A stretch of 64,000 nt of DNA from Minisyncoccota bacterium (GCA_041389105.1 JAWKSO010000004.1:20652-84651), one strand, 5' to 3'; numbered from the stretch's first letter, positions 30,610-39,892 are shown. Notes: generated by a model not told the origin, from the letters alone. Made by a program: numbers and translations.

Positions 30610-31280
30610 GTTTTAAGACTATTTTATTTGCACTAATAGGAGGTATTTTACCAGCACTTTTGTGGCTGTGGTTTTGGCTTCGAGAAGATAGCAAAAAACC
30701 AGAACCAAAACTCCTTCTTCTTCTGACATTTCTGATAGGAATGATTTCTGTTTTGGTTGTACTTCCAATACAAAAGCTCTTCGTGGGATTTCACATAAGC
30801 GAAAATATCTTAACGATAATCTGGGCTTCGATCGAAGAAATAGTAAAATTTGGAGCTGTTTGGGTTATTGCTCTTAGTAGTAAGTCTGCCGACGAACCAA
30901 TCGACTTCGCAATGTATATGATAATCGGCGCGCTCGGTTTCGCCGCACTTGAAAACGCACTTTTCTTAATAGACCCGATAGATCTCGGCGAATCCACAGT
31001 TGCTCTTATCACCGGGAACCTTCGTTTCTTGGGCGCAATGCTTTTACACGCTGTTTCCTCTGCGACAATCGGTATAATGCTTGGGCTTTCTTTCTATCGC
31101 GGATGGTTCTCAAAGAAAATTTATCTTTTATTAGGTCTCGGTGGAGCTATCGCCTTGCATAGTACTTTTAATTTTCTTATAATTAACAACAGTGGAAGTT
31201 TACTGAATGTCTTTAGTTTACTTTGGGTGGTTACGATTATTGTTTTACTAATGTTCGAACAGCTTCGAAGAATGTCGTAG
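30597..31280 (+). CDS. PrsW family intramembrane metalloprotease
   Basis: Polytopic 227 aa with SIEEIVKFGAV and HAVSSATIG motifs. Overlaps the valS stop. Confidence 0.7.
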   Translation: MAGIGFKTILFALIGGILPALLWLWFWLREDSKKPEPKLLLLLTFLIGMISVLVVLPIQKLFVGFHISENILTIIWASIEEIVKFGAVWVIALSSKSADEPIDFAMYMIIGALGFAALENALFLIDPIDLGESTVALITGNLRFLGAMLLHAVSSATIGIMLGLSFYRGWFSKKIYLLLGLGGAIALHSTFNFLIINNSGSLLNVFSLLWVVTIIVLLMFEQLRRMS

Positions 31281-31310
31281 AGAAATTTATAAATTTTATT
31301 TTATTAAACT

Positions 31311-31820
31311 ATGTTTAAAAAGAGATCTTTTTTTGAAAAACTAACAGGAGGACTTTCGCTTCGTGACTACGATGAAGATGTTTTCGACGAAGAAGATGAT
31401 TTTGAATCAGAAGATGATTTTGAGCCTCAAAAAGAATCCAAAAAAATCTCTGTAACAAACGAAAAAGAATGGATTGAGGAAGAAGAACAAATTGGAGAAC
31501 TTTCTGTCGATGTTTATCAAACAAATAGCGATATTGTTGTTCAAGCAATGGTTGCTGGAGTTCGCCCAGAAGACTTAAACGTAGATATCACAAGAGATAC
31601 AGTAACAATCTCAGGAAGCCGAAAAGAAAGCAAGACAGTAAAAGACGACGAATATTTTACACAAGAACTTTATTGGGGATCTTTTTCAAGAACTATCGCA
31701 TTGCCAGAAGAAGTTGATCCAGACGAAGCCGAAGCGACAGAAAAACACGGACTTCTTGTTCTAAAACTCCCAAAGATAGACAAAAACAGACAAACAAAGT
31801 TAAAGATTAAATCGATATAA
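31311..31820 (+). CDS. Hsp20/alpha-crystallin small heat-shock protein
   Basis: LSVDVYQTNSDIVVQAMVAGVRPEDLNVDI..FSRTIALPEEVDPDEAEATEKHGLLVLKLPK. Confidence 0.85.
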   Translation: MFKKRSFFEKLTGGLSLRDYDEDVFDEEDDFESEDDFEPQKESKKISVTNEKEWIEEEEQIGELSVDVYQTNSDIVVQAMVAGVRPEDLNVDITRDTVTISGSRKESKTVKDDEYFTQELYWGSFSRTIALPEEVDPDEAEATEKHGLLVLKLPKIDKNRQTKLKIKSI

Positions 31821-31827
31821 ACGAAAA

Positions 31828-31851
31828 GAAGCCCTCGGTTTGGAGGGCTTC
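31828..31851. terminator. bidirectional intrinsic terminator
   Basis: GAAGCCCTC-GGTTTG-GAGGGCTTC between convergent genes. Confidence 0.6.
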
Positions 31852-31871
31852 TTCCTTGCGATGGTAAGCGA

Positions 31872-32387
31872 TCAAAGTTCCACAAACGGACCAGACTCTT
31901 CAGACTCATATACCTTGATACACCCCTCAAGAGCATCGTCAAACACTCTTGAGACTTCTCTGAAGGGTTCTGCTTCGGAATAGAAAGCGAATGCTGTACA
32001 CAAGTCACCAAGATTGTAAGCCAACACTTCTTCGTCAGTCTTCCGACTCTGTGCCATTATAGCCAAAGCGATCTTGGAACGCTTCAGCTTATCGCTATAT
32101 CGCTGAACACGTACAAGTTCGCCTTCAGTAGGCGCCAAACCTAGAGGTATTGGCAACAGCTCGCCAGTAACCATCCGTGTTAGATTAGCCATTTGAAGCA
32201 CTTCTTCGTCGAAACAACGACATTCGAAAATGTTGTTCAGATGATACCCAGAACGAAGACTGAAGTGACGACCATCAATATCCACAAGGCTAACAGCAAC
32301 ATAACCTTGCAGATGTTCCAAAATAAGCTCGAGTAGAGCCGTTTGAAAGGTTACTGTTTCAAGAGAGGTTCCGTTTACTCGGATCAT
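31872..32387 (-). CDS. hypothetical protein (171 aa), G+C-rich ORFan; N-terminal half faintly Roadblock/LC7-like
   Basis: Intact ORF. LQGYVAVSLVDIDGRHFSLRSG resembles the Roadblock pattern (weak, from memory). TTGACT-N17-TATTAT promoter-like sequence upstream. Confidence 0.5.
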   Translation of the reverse strand: MIRVNGTSLETVTFQTALLELILEHLQGYVAVSLVDIDGRHFSLRSGYHLNNIFECRCFDEEVLQMANLTRMVTGELLPIPLGLAPTEGELVRVQRYSDKLKRSKIALAIMAQSRKTDEEVLAYNLGDLCTAFAFYSEAEPFREVSRVFDDALEGCIKVYESEESGPFVEL

Positions 32388-32493
32388 GGCAGTGTACTTG
32401 TTTTGGTTGACCTGAATAATAGCATATTATAAATAAAAAGTCAATAGTATTTATAAAAAATAACCTCTTTGTTAGAGGCTATTTTTTATGTTG

Positions 32494-32565
32494 TGCTCAG
32501 AGCCAGGTTCGAACTGGCGACCCTTCCTCTTCAGGGGAATGCTCTACCAACTGAGCTATCTGAGC
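32494..32565 (-). tRNA. tRNA-Phe (anticodon GAA), no CCA
   Basis: GCTCAGATAGCTCAGTTGGTAGAGCATTCCCCTGAAGAGGAAGGGTCGCCAGTTCGAACCTGGCTCTGAGCA. One C:A mismatch in the anticodon stem and a 4-nt variable loop. Confidence 0.8.
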
Positions 32566-32643
32566 GTTGGTAATCTAGTCCTTTAAAGCTGTCCGAGAAC
32601 AGCGATAAAGAGATTTTAAACGAAAACTACTAAATAATCAACC

Positions 32644-32838
32644 CTAGAAAGGTAGCCTGTCTCGGGCTTCTTGTATCTGGTCTAGAGAAGACCTTGCAGA
32701 TTCATAAGAGTCTCTTAAATCATTTACATAAGGCATTATAAACCGATACGCCAGGACAAAAAGAGCTATCGATACTACGAGTTTTAAAAACCTCCAGAAA
32801 GCTGCACGCTTTTGAGCACCGCGCATTCTGTGAAGCAT
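32644..32838 (-). CDS. small single-TM protein (64 aa)
   Basis: ORF only, between tRNA-Phe and tRNA-Arg. RAAFWRFLKLVVSIALFVLAYRFIMPY is hydrophobic. Confidence 0.35.
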   Translation of the reverse strand: MLHRMRGAQKRAAFWRFLKLVVSIALFVLAYRFIMPYVNDLRDSYESARSSLDQIQEARDRLPF

Positions 32839-32949
32839 TTCGTTGTTTTCCTAGAAAGCCTAAGCGTCTCTCTCAACATTTTTCTTGATCTTGATCCATG
32901 ATAATATTTTAGCATAAAAATATTTAAACTCTTGCTTGCTACGCTCTTG

Positions 32950-33020
32950 TGCCCCACTCCGAATCGAACGGGGATCTATTCCTTAGGACGGAACTGTTCT
33001 ATCCATTGAACTATGGGGGC
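32950..33020 (-). tRNA. tRNA-Arg (anticodon CCT)
   Basis: GCCCCCATAGTTCAATGGATAGAACAGTTCCGTCCTAAGGAATAGATCCCCGTTCGATTCGGAGTGGGGCA. The 3' acceptor strand is one G short of pairing with the C5 run. Confidence 0.75.
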
Positions 33021-33058
33021 GATAGGTGCATTTTACATTTTATTTAAATAAAAAACTA

Positions 33059-33094
33059 GCAAAGAAAAAATCCCGCAAGGGATTTTTTCTTTGC
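33059..33094. terminator. bidirectional intrinsic terminator
   Basis: GCAAAGAAAAAATCCC-GCAA-GGGATTTTTTCTTTGC (16-bp stem). The core AAAAAATCCCGCAAGGGATTTTTT is also at 42298..42353. Confidence 0.7.
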
Positions 33095-33105
33095 TACAAA
33101 CGATA

Positions 33106-33339
33106 TTAAAGTCCTAGAAGTTCTTTTATTTTTTGTTCATTGTATCCTATTACCATTTCATTTTCGATAAAGATAACCGGAACTCCCATTTGTCCTGATC
33201 TTTCCACAACTTCAGATCTTTTAGCTTCGTCTACTGAAACATCGTAATCTGTAAAAGCTACATTATTTTCTTTAAAAAAATCTTTTGCCATGTGACAAAA
33301 ATGGCATGTTGGCGTCGAGTAAATTTCTACTTTTTTCAT
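33106..33339 (-). CDS. glutaredoxin/NrdH-like redoxin
   Basis: 77 aa. VEIYSTPTCHFCHMAKDFF (CxxC motif) and GVPVIFI. Confidence 0.8.
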   Translation of the reverse strand: MKKVEIYSTPTCHFCHMAKDFFKENNVAFTDYDVSVDEAKRSEVVERSGQMGVPVIFIENEMVIGYNEQKIKELLGL

Positions 33340-33419
33340 AAGCTCAAAGACGGCGAGATTTTACCTCTAACGTCTAACTAACATTGATAACCTCACAATT
33401 TTAGCACAAATCTTCTAGT

Positions 33420-33797
33420 TTAAAAAATATTCTTTAAAAAACCGAAGAAACCTTGGTTTTCTTCTGGAGCTGACCTTTTTACATCTTCTTCTTTTTCTAT
33501 TATTATAATAGCTTTTTCGCCTTCTTTAATAATTCCGAATTTTTCACGCAAAGATTTTTCAACTCCGAAAGACGTGTTCATATCGTTTAAAGAAGATTTC
33601 AATCCGATTTCCTGCTCTTCTAATTTTTGAAGTTCGCTTTCTACTTGTCTTGTTTTTTGTTTCGCGATTTTGCTTTTTTTGTAAGTTGAAATAGCGCTAT
33701 AGGAAAAAATCAAAGCCAAACCAATCAAAACAACATAAGTCAAAGGACTTCTGATCACCTTACTTATAAGTCTTTCTTTTGTGATACGTCTACTCAT
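33420..33797 (-). CDS. septum formation initiator family protein (FtsB/DivIC-like)
   Basis: 125 aa: N-terminal TM, coiled coil (QVESELQKLEEQEIGLKSSL), then EKSLREKFGIIKEGEKAIII. Confidence 0.6.
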   Translation of the reverse strand: MSRRITKERLISKVIRSPLTYVVLIGLALIFSYSAISTYKKSKIAKQKTRQVESELQKLEEQEIGLKSSLNDMNTSFGVEKSLREKFGIIKEGEKAIIIIEKEEDVKRSAPEENQGFFGFLKNIF

Positions 33798-33827
33798 AAT
33801 TTACATTATAGTATATAATCTAAAAAT

Positions 33828-33932
33828 ATGATTTTCAATCCAAAACACAAAAAGAAAATAAAGATTATCTGGTCTATTTTGGCGGTTTTCTTGATTTTGA
33901 GTTTTATACTCCTTTACGCACCGATTTTTTAA
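33828..33932 (+). CDS. possible 34-aa membrane peptide
   Basis: MIFNPKHKKKIKIIWSILAVFLILSFILLYAPIF*, preceded by TATATAAT. Too short to judge. Confidence 0.25.
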   Translation: MIFNPKHKKKIKIIWSILAVFLILSFILLYAPIF

Positions 33933-33939
33933 TTTGAGG

Positions 33940-35739
33940 TTAGTTATCTCCTGATTTCATCATCTTTAAGAAAACATCTTGAGGAATATTTACCTTACCC
34001 ATTCCGGCCATTTTCTTTTTACCTTTCTTTTGCTTTTCGCGGAGTTTCATCTTTCGAGTAATATCTCCTCCGTACATGTGTTGAGTCACGTCTTTTCGAA
34101 ACGCTTTTATTGTCGCAGAAGAAAGAATTCTTCCCAGAGCTTTTCCTTGGATTTTCATTTCAAACATTTGTCTTGGTAAGATCTTGTGAAGTTTTTCTAC
34201 TGCTTTTTCAGCTTCTTCTTCTGCGCGTCTTCGGGCGATAACTCTACAAAATGCAAGTATCGGTTCATCTGCAACCAAAATATCGAGTCGTGTCACATCA
34301 GCAGGTCTATCTTCTGCGATTTCATACGAAATAGAAGCGTAGCCAGAAGATGTGCTTTTTAGATTGTCGAAAAAGTTTCTCATCAATTCTCGAAGTGGCA
34401 TTTCTACAACCAAAGAAGATCGGTCTCCGAAGTTTTCTATTTCTTTTGCTTCACCTTCGTGCTCGAAAAGAAGTTGCATAATAGCTCCAATATATTCTGT
34501 CGGTGAAATTATTTTTACCAAAACCCAAGGTTCTAGAACTTCTGTTGTTTCTCCGTCGTTTGGGAAATTGTGTGGAGAATAAATCATTTCTTCTTTTCCG
34601 TTTTTGTATTTTACTTTGTAAGTGATAGATGGAGTTGTCACAACTAGCGATAAGTCGAACTCTCTTTTTATTCTTTCAGAAACAATTTCAAGGTGAAGCA
34701 TTCCTAAAAATCCACATCGAAAACCTCGCCCAAGCGCGCCAGAAGATTCTTCTTCGTAAGTTAACGAAGAATCAGAGAGTTTAAGTTTGCCTAGAGACGC
34801 TTTTAATTCTTCAAAGTCGTCTTGGCTTTCAGGATAAAGAGAAGCCCACACCACAGGCGAAGGATTCATATATCCAGGCAAAGCTGGAAGAACTTTTTTA
34901 TCTAAAGTTATCGTATCTCCAACAGAAGCAATGCCTGGTTTTTTGATTCCAGTTACGATGTAGCCGATTTCACCGGCAGAAATCTTTTCTTTTGCCACAG
35001 GATCAGGAGAAAAAGTCCCGACCTCAAGCGAGATAAATTTTTCGTTTGCGCCGTGGAATTTCAAGGACATGTTTTTTGTAATCTCACCATCGATTACACG
35101 AACATAAACGATAACGCCTTTGTGGTTTGAATATTCAAAATCGAACACCAGAGCTCGGAAACCGTCGGTTCCTGTCAGAAGCTCTTTTGGTGGTGGTATT
35201 TCTTTTACAACTCGTTCTAGGAGCTCTGGCACGCCCTCGCCAGTCTTACCAGACACACACATTATCTCTTCTTCAGAGATATTTAGAAGCATTGCGACTT
35301 CTGTCTTCACTTCGTCTACTCGAGCCAAAGGAGAGTCGATTTTCGACCGAACAGGAATAATCTTAAGACCTCCTTTTTGCGCCATAACGAGAGTCGTGAA
35401 AGTCTGAGCTTGCACACCTTGAGTCGAGTCCACAAGAAGGATAGAACCCTCCACAGCTTTTAGCGCACGAGAAACCTCATACGAGAAGTCGATGTGTCCT
35501 GGTGTGTCGATAAGATTTAAAATATAGTCTTTCCCTTCAACTTTAAAGTTCATTCGAACTGGTTGCATTTTTATCGTAATCCCGCGTTCTTGTTCGAGTT
35601 CCATTTTATCCAAAACCTGAGCGCGCATTTTACGAGCTTCTATAGTATTCGTCACTTCAAGCATTCGATCTGCAAGAGTCGATTTTCCGTGGTCAATATG
35701 GGCGATAATTGAGAAATTTCTTATATTTTCTAGATTCAT
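33940..35739 (-). CDS. lepA: elongation factor 4 (LepA)
   Basis: Intact 599 aa. IAHIDHGKSTLADR, DTPGHIDF, and the LepA C-terminal domain. Confidence 0.95.
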   Translation of the reverse strand: MNLENIRNFSIIAHIDHGKSTLADRMLEVTNTIEARKMRAQVLDKMELEQERGITIKMQPVRMNFKVEGKDYILNLIDTPGHIDFSYEVSRALKAVEGSILLVDSTQGVQAQTFTTLVMAQKGGLKIIPVRSKIDSPLARVDEVKTEVAMLLNISEEEIMCVSGKTGEGVPELLERVVKEIPPPKELLTGTDGFRALVFDFEYSNHKGVIVYVRVIDGEITKNMSLKFHGANEKFISLEVGTFSPDPVAKEKISAGEIGYIVTGIKKPGIASVGDTITLDKKVLPALPGYMNPSPVVWASLYPESQDDFEELKASLGKLKLSDSSLTYEEESSGALGRGFRCGFLGMLHLEIVSERIKREFDLSLVVTTPSITYKVKYKNGKEEMIYSPHNFPNDGETTEVLEPWVLVKIISPTEYIGAIMQLLFEHEGEAKEIENFGDRSSLVVEMPLRELMRNFFDNLKSTSSGYASISYEIAEDRPADVTRLDILVADEPILAFCRVIARRRAEEEAEKAVEKLHKILPRQMFEMKIQGKALGRILSSATIKAFRKDVTQHMYGGDITRKMKLREKQKKGKKKMAGMGKVNIPQDVFLKMMKSGDN

Positions 35740-35785
35740 AAGATATTACAGATATTACCAGAGAAATGTAAAAAGAAAAGCCACC

Positions 35786-35959
35786 CTATTTGGGTGGCAC
35801 CTTTCTCTTGGGGTCCAGCCAATTTATCACCAGACGATTTTCACCTGGCAATACTTTGACGTCATACCCAGACTCGATCATACCCCTAGGTACAACCACC
35901 ACACCTAGTGATCTCCGATTGATCACTTTTAGTGGATTAGGGTTTTTAGGTGATTTCAT
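35786..35959 (-). CDS. 57-aa hypothetical protein, G+C-rich mini-cassette
   Basis: MKSPKNPNPLKVINRRSLGVVVVPRGMIESGYDVKVLPGENRLVINWLDPKRKVPPK*. The stop lies inside the terminator GCCACCC-AAATA-GGGTGGC + TTTTCTTTTT (35766-35798). Faintly AbrB/SpoVT-like. Confidence 0.4.
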   Translation of the reverse strand: MKSPKNPNPLKVINRRSLGVVVVPRGMIESGYDVKVLPGENRLVINWLDPKRKVPPK

Positions 35960-36044
35960 TTCGTATGGCTTTGTTTAATTTTACCTAATTTAAAATAACT
36001 AATCAATTCTTTCAAAAACACTATTTTCTGGCATAATTTGGCAT

Positions 36045-37527
36045 ATGTCACAAACACCAAACGTACAAGATATTTTCGATGCATTTCCGAAAAAATGCAG
36101 CTCACCGAAAGTGATAGAACTTGGATTATTAAAGGTTTTGATTTTTCACAGAAGGCTCACGATGGACAAAAACGTGCGAGCGGTGAACCATATTTTAATC
36201 ACGTTTTCGAAGTTGCAAAACTCTAGCCAAACTCGGAATGGATCCGAAAACTGTCATCGCGGGAATTTTGCACGACACAATAGAAGACACACCGGTGACA
36301 GAAGAGCAGATAGAAGAAGAATTCGGAAAAGAGGTTTTGTTTTTAGTAAACGGAGTTACCAAACTTGGAACTCTCAAATACAGAGGTCGCGAAAGACACG
36401 TAGAATCTTTGCGTAAGTTTTTCGTCGCGATGGCAGAAGATGTCAGAGTTATTATTATTAAACTCGCAGACAGACTTCACAATGTCTCAACTTTAAAATA
36501 TTTAAAACCAGAAAAAGCAAAACGAATAGCGCTTGAGACTATCGAGATTCACGCACCGCTCGCCAACAGACTTGGTATGTGGAAACTAAAAAGGCGAGCT
36601 GAAGACCTTGCATTCCCTTTTGCTTATCCAAAAGAATCAAATGATTTAGAGAAAATCTTAAAACACAAAAGTAAGGCAGACCAAAAATATTTGGACCAGG
36701 TTTACAAATCACTACAAAAAGAACTTACCAAAAATGGAATCAAAGCTTTGAATATAAGTTACCGAGTAAAAGGCCTTTACAGTCTTTACAAAAAACTTCA
36801 AAACAAAGATATGGACATAGACAAGATTTACGACCTTGTCGCGCTTCGAGTTATCGTGCCAACTGTAGAAGACTGTTATCGTGTTTTAGGAATAATCCAC
36901 GGCACATGGACACCCATACCTGGACGTATAAAAGATTTTATCGCTCTTCCAAAACCAAATGGTTATAAAAGTATTCACACGACTATTTTTACAGGGAACG
37001 GAGGTATCGCAGAAATACAAATCAGAACACCAGAAATGCATGACCAAGCAGAATACGGAGTCGCCTCTTTCTTTGCTTATAAAGAAAATATGTTCAACAA
37101 AAAAGGTGACAACGGCGACACCAAACTTGGCTGGATAGAACAATTTAAAGATCTTCAGAAAAACGTTTCGAATCCAGACAATTTCTTAAAGAATTTAAAA
37201 ATAGATTTCTTCTCAAAAAGAATTTTCGTTTTTACTCCAGCTGGTGATGTTATAGATTTACCAGACGAATCAAACGCAATAGATCTAGCTTACGCTGTTC
37301 ACTCAGATATCGGCAACCACATCACGGGCGCGAAGATAAACGGAAAGTTTTCTAGTATTTACAGCAAGCTAAAAAATGGAGACATCGTAGAAGTAGAAAC
37401 AAATGAAAAATCAAACCCGACAAGCAAATGGCTCGACACAGCCAAGACAACTCTCGCAAGAAGACATATCAAAAAATATTTAGATGACAACAGTCTCTTA
37501 AATAAATTTATTAGTAAGTTTAAATAA
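36045..37527 (+). pseudogene. bifunctional (p)ppGpp synthetase/hydrolase RelA/SpoT family, N-terminus frameshifted
   Basis: AHDGQKRASGEPYFNHVFEVAKL and ILHDTIEDT (HD domain) lie in different frames. ORF 36238..37527 carries the synthetase and TGS parts. Confidence 0.8.
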
Positions 37528-37563
37528 CAAATAGTCCGCCGGCACAGCCGGCGGACTATTTGT
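37527..37563. terminator. bidirectional intrinsic terminator
   Basis: ACAAATAGTCCGCCGGC-ACA-GCCGGCGGACTATTTGT (17-bp stem) between convergent relA and parB. Confidence 0.75.
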
Positions 37564-37566
37564 TAT

Positions 37567-38694
37567 TTACAAAGAAAACTTAGAAATATTGTACAAATCT
37601 TCATCATCTTCTGATTCTTTGATCTCTTCTTTTGACCTATCATCTAGTAAAGAAATTTCTTCTCTACTAAAATCCTCTTCTGGTTTTTCTTCTTCTACTC
37701 CTTGATCTGATTCAGTGTTTTCTTTCACTTCTTCTTGAAAATTTTCAGAATCTCCACGTATTTCGTTTAAAACTTCTTTGACCTGGCTTTCTGATTCGTC
37801 TCCAGAGTCTTCTTGTGGTTCGTGTTTTTCCATGTGATTTTTAAGTAAATGATTTTTACCTAAAGGTTCTTTTGATTGTATTGCCTGAAAAATAGTACGC
37901 AAATCTTCTTCAGAAAAAAAGTCTATCGTAATCTTTCCACCTTTATCTTTTCTGTTTATCAAAACTCTTGTTCCTAAAGATTCTTGGAGTTTGTTTTGAA
38001 TCTCTTCTATTTCTGGATCTGGCAAGGTGTCTCTTCTTCTCACTCTGTCGGTCGCTATTTCTCTAGCAATACGTTCTGCTTCACGAACTGTGATTTTCTT
38101 GTAAACTATTTCTTTATACAAAACAGCCTGCTCTTCTGGTCTTGAAGAAAGCATTAGAAGTGGACGTGTGTGCCCTTCGCTTATTTTCCCTTGTCCTAAA
38201 CCATCCAAAATCTCTTGAGGCATTTGAAGAAGACGAAGTGAGTTGGAAACATATTCTCGACTCTTCCCTACCTTTTTACCTATTTCTTTATGAGAAAGAT
38301 CGAACTCTGAGCTAAGTCTAAGAAAAGATCTCGCTCTGTCTACAGGATTTAAATCCTCTCTTTGTAAGTTTTCAATAATAGCCAGCTCGAGTTTCAACAT
38401 CGGATCCTGGTCTTTTCTTATCACAGCAGGCACTTGTAAAAGCCCAGCCAAACGAGAAGCACGAAGACGTCGTTCTCCTGCGATAAGTTCATACTCGACA
38501 GCTATTCCACCATCTGGCTTTTCGTGTTCGACTCTAGTCACAACAAGAGGCTGGAGAACTCCATACTGACGAATAGAATCTGCTAAATCTTTAAGTCTTG
38601 CTTCATCGAACTCGCGTCTTGGTTGATAAGGGTTTGGATTGATTTTATTTACATCAATAAAAAATATTGAATCACTGTATAATTCTGATTGCAT
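37567..38694 (-). CDS. parB: ParB/Spo0J partition protein with long acidic C-terminal tail
   Basis: INPNPYQPRREF, LIAGERRLRASRLAG, HTH SHKEIGKKVGKSREYVSNSLRLL. Intact 375 aa. Confidence 0.9.
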   Translation of the reverse strand: MQSELYSDSIFFIDVNKINPNPYQPRREFDEARLKDLADSIRQYGVLQPLVVTRVEHEKPDGGIAVEYELIAGERRLRASRLAGLLQVPAVIRKDQDPMLKLELAIIENLQREDLNPVDRARSFLRLSSEFDLSHKEIGKKVGKSREYVSNSLRLLQMPQEILDGLGQGKISEGHTRPLLMLSSRPEEQAVLYKEIVYKKITVREAERIAREIATDRVRRRDTLPDPEIEEIQNKLQESLGTRVLINRKDKGGKITIDFFSEEDLRTIFQAIQSKEPLGKNHLLKNHMEKHEPQEDSGDESESQVKEVLNEIRGDSENFQEEVKENTESDQGVEEEKPEEDFSREEISLLDDRSKEEIKESEDDEDLYNISKFSL

Positions 38695-38747
38695 AATGCT
38701 ATTTTAGCATAAAACAAAATCCTCATAAATTGGGGATTTTGTTGATT

Positions 38748-38767
38748 TGTGCCGGAAGAGAGAATCG
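38748..38767. repeat. 20-nt direct repeat, copy A (copy of the tRNA-Leu 3' end)
   Basis: TGTGCCGGAAGAGAGAATCG, identical to 38947..38966. Confidence 0.95.
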
Positions 38768-38903
38768 GCGTCAAGTTTCTAAGTCGATTATTTCGCAGGC
38801 TCATAATCTCCTAAGAACTTCCTACCCGGACTGCCGACAAGTCTCGCTTGCTCGCTTGTATACCGGCTCCGTCTTTCGATTCCCTCTCCGGAAACTAAAA
38901 ATA
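38748..38903 (-). ncRNA. unclassified ~155-nt structured RNA candidate
   Basis: Lies between two minus-strand terminators. The 5' CCGGAGAGGGAAUCG pairs with the 3' CGAUUCUCUCUUCCGG (15 bp, one bulge). Inner helices GUCG/CGAC, GCAG/CUGC, ACAAG/CUUGU. No ORF. Confidence 0.4.
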
Positions 38904-38935
38904 AAAAAGCCGCCAAAACGCTGATGCGTTTTGGC
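38896..38935 (-). terminator. intrinsic terminator after tRNA-Leu
   Basis: Minus strand: GCCAAAACGC-ATCA-GCGTTTTGGC followed by GGCTTTTTTATTTTT. Confidence 0.7.
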
Positions 38936-38946
38936 TTAATATTTTA

Positions 38947-38966
38947 TGTGCCGGAAGAGAGAATCG
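38947..38966. repeat. 20-nt direct repeat, copy B (within tRNA-Leu)
   Basis: TGTGCCGGAAGAGAGAATCG. Covers the 3' acceptor strand, the 3' T-stem strand and part of the T-loop. Confidence 0.95.
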
Positions 38967-39030
38967 AACTCTCACATCTTGCGATACACGATTTTGAGTC
39001 GTGCGCGTCTACCAATTCCGCCATTCCAAA
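38949..39030 (-). tRNA. tRNA-Leu (anticodon CAA) with a defective 5' acceptor strand
   Basis: ..GGAATGGCGGAATTGGTAGACGCGCACGACTCAAAATCGTGTATCGCAAGATGTGAGAGTTCGATTCTCTCTTCCGGCA. Positions 1-3 are UUU opposite GGC (two G:U pairs plus one mismatch). Confidence 0.7.
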
Positions 39031-39059
39031 TACAAATTTGATTTACTTTAAAAGAGATT

Positions 39060-39256
39060 TATTGTCTAGAAATATGAACCCCGCGACGCCTGGAGCGTCG
39101 CGGGTCTTCACCAAACCACGGCAGGTAAACCAAACCTGCCGGGCACTTCTGAGCATGCGAACACGCTCGTCTTACTTGTACCAAGATCCGGTCAAAAAGG
39201 AGGCCTGCTCTCTCTCCTAATTCCAGACCCTGGAACACTTCATTGTCTGTTGCATT
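39060..39256 (-). other. G+C-rich structured spacer between the peroxiredoxin gene and tRNA-Leu (possible sRNA)
   Basis: Minus-strand hairpins: GAGCGUG-UUCG-CAUGCUC, GGCAGGU-UUGGUUU-ACCUGCC, GACCCGCGACGC-UCCAG-GCGUCGCGGGGUUC. No credible ORF. Confidence 0.25.
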
Positions 39257-39844
39257 TATATCTTCCCACCAAGTCAAGCCCTGGTTTTAAAGGTATCACT
39301 TCCCGGTTCCCAACTCGCAGGACACACCTGTCCACCATTCTCTCTCACAAACTTAGCAGCTCTAAGCTTCCGCAAAGCTCTTTTCGCACTTCTTGCCGAT
39401 ATCGTTGTGATTTATCTCAATCGCTTTCAAAATCCCATCTGGGTCCACCAAGAAGGTTCCTCGAAGCGAAAGTCCTTCTTCTTCAATATACGTTCCGAAA
39501 ATATGACAAAGCTCGCTTGTCGGGTCAGCAGCCATCGGGAATTTAATCTACCTATTGCAGGAGATTTGTCGCGCCAAGCTTTATGAGCAAAAACAGCATC
39601 AGTAGAAACAGAGATTATTTCAGCGCCTTCTTTTTGAAAATCTTCATACATGTTTGCAAGTTCTTCTAGCTCTGTCGGACAAACAAAAGTAAAATCAGCT
39701 GATAGAAAAAATAGATAGCCCACTTTCCGAACAAATTTTCGTGTTCATCTTTTTTTCTTTGTCTTCGTGATAGGCATTGAAAGATATTTCTGGTACGGTG
39801 TCGCCTATTTGTAATGGTATGAGAGTATCTTGTGAATCTTGCAT
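39257..39844 (-). pseudogene. 2-Cys peroxiredoxin (AhpC/Prx family), frameshifted
   Basis: [19 protein letters not shown] (read across frames), [44 protein letters not shown]. Confidence 0.8.
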
Positions 39845-39892
39845 AGAATTTATTTATTTAAAAGATTAATGTTTTTATTATAGCAAATTAAA

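Noticed and set aside
35790-35978. Plus-strand ORF 35790..35978 from the track.
   Set aside because: The opposite strand carries a better candidate (35786-35959): an ATG start, and a stop embedded in a terminator followed by a U-tract. The plus-strand product is Gly/Ser/Thr/Phe-rich with no start context.
38748-38903. CAGUCCGGGUAGGAAG in the hairpin RNA resembles the SRP RNA domain IV motif (CAGGUCCGGAAGGAAGC).
   Set aside because: On a paper fold the segment does not sit at a GNRA-capped apex with the symmetric loop. I left the RNA unclassified rather than calling it ffs.
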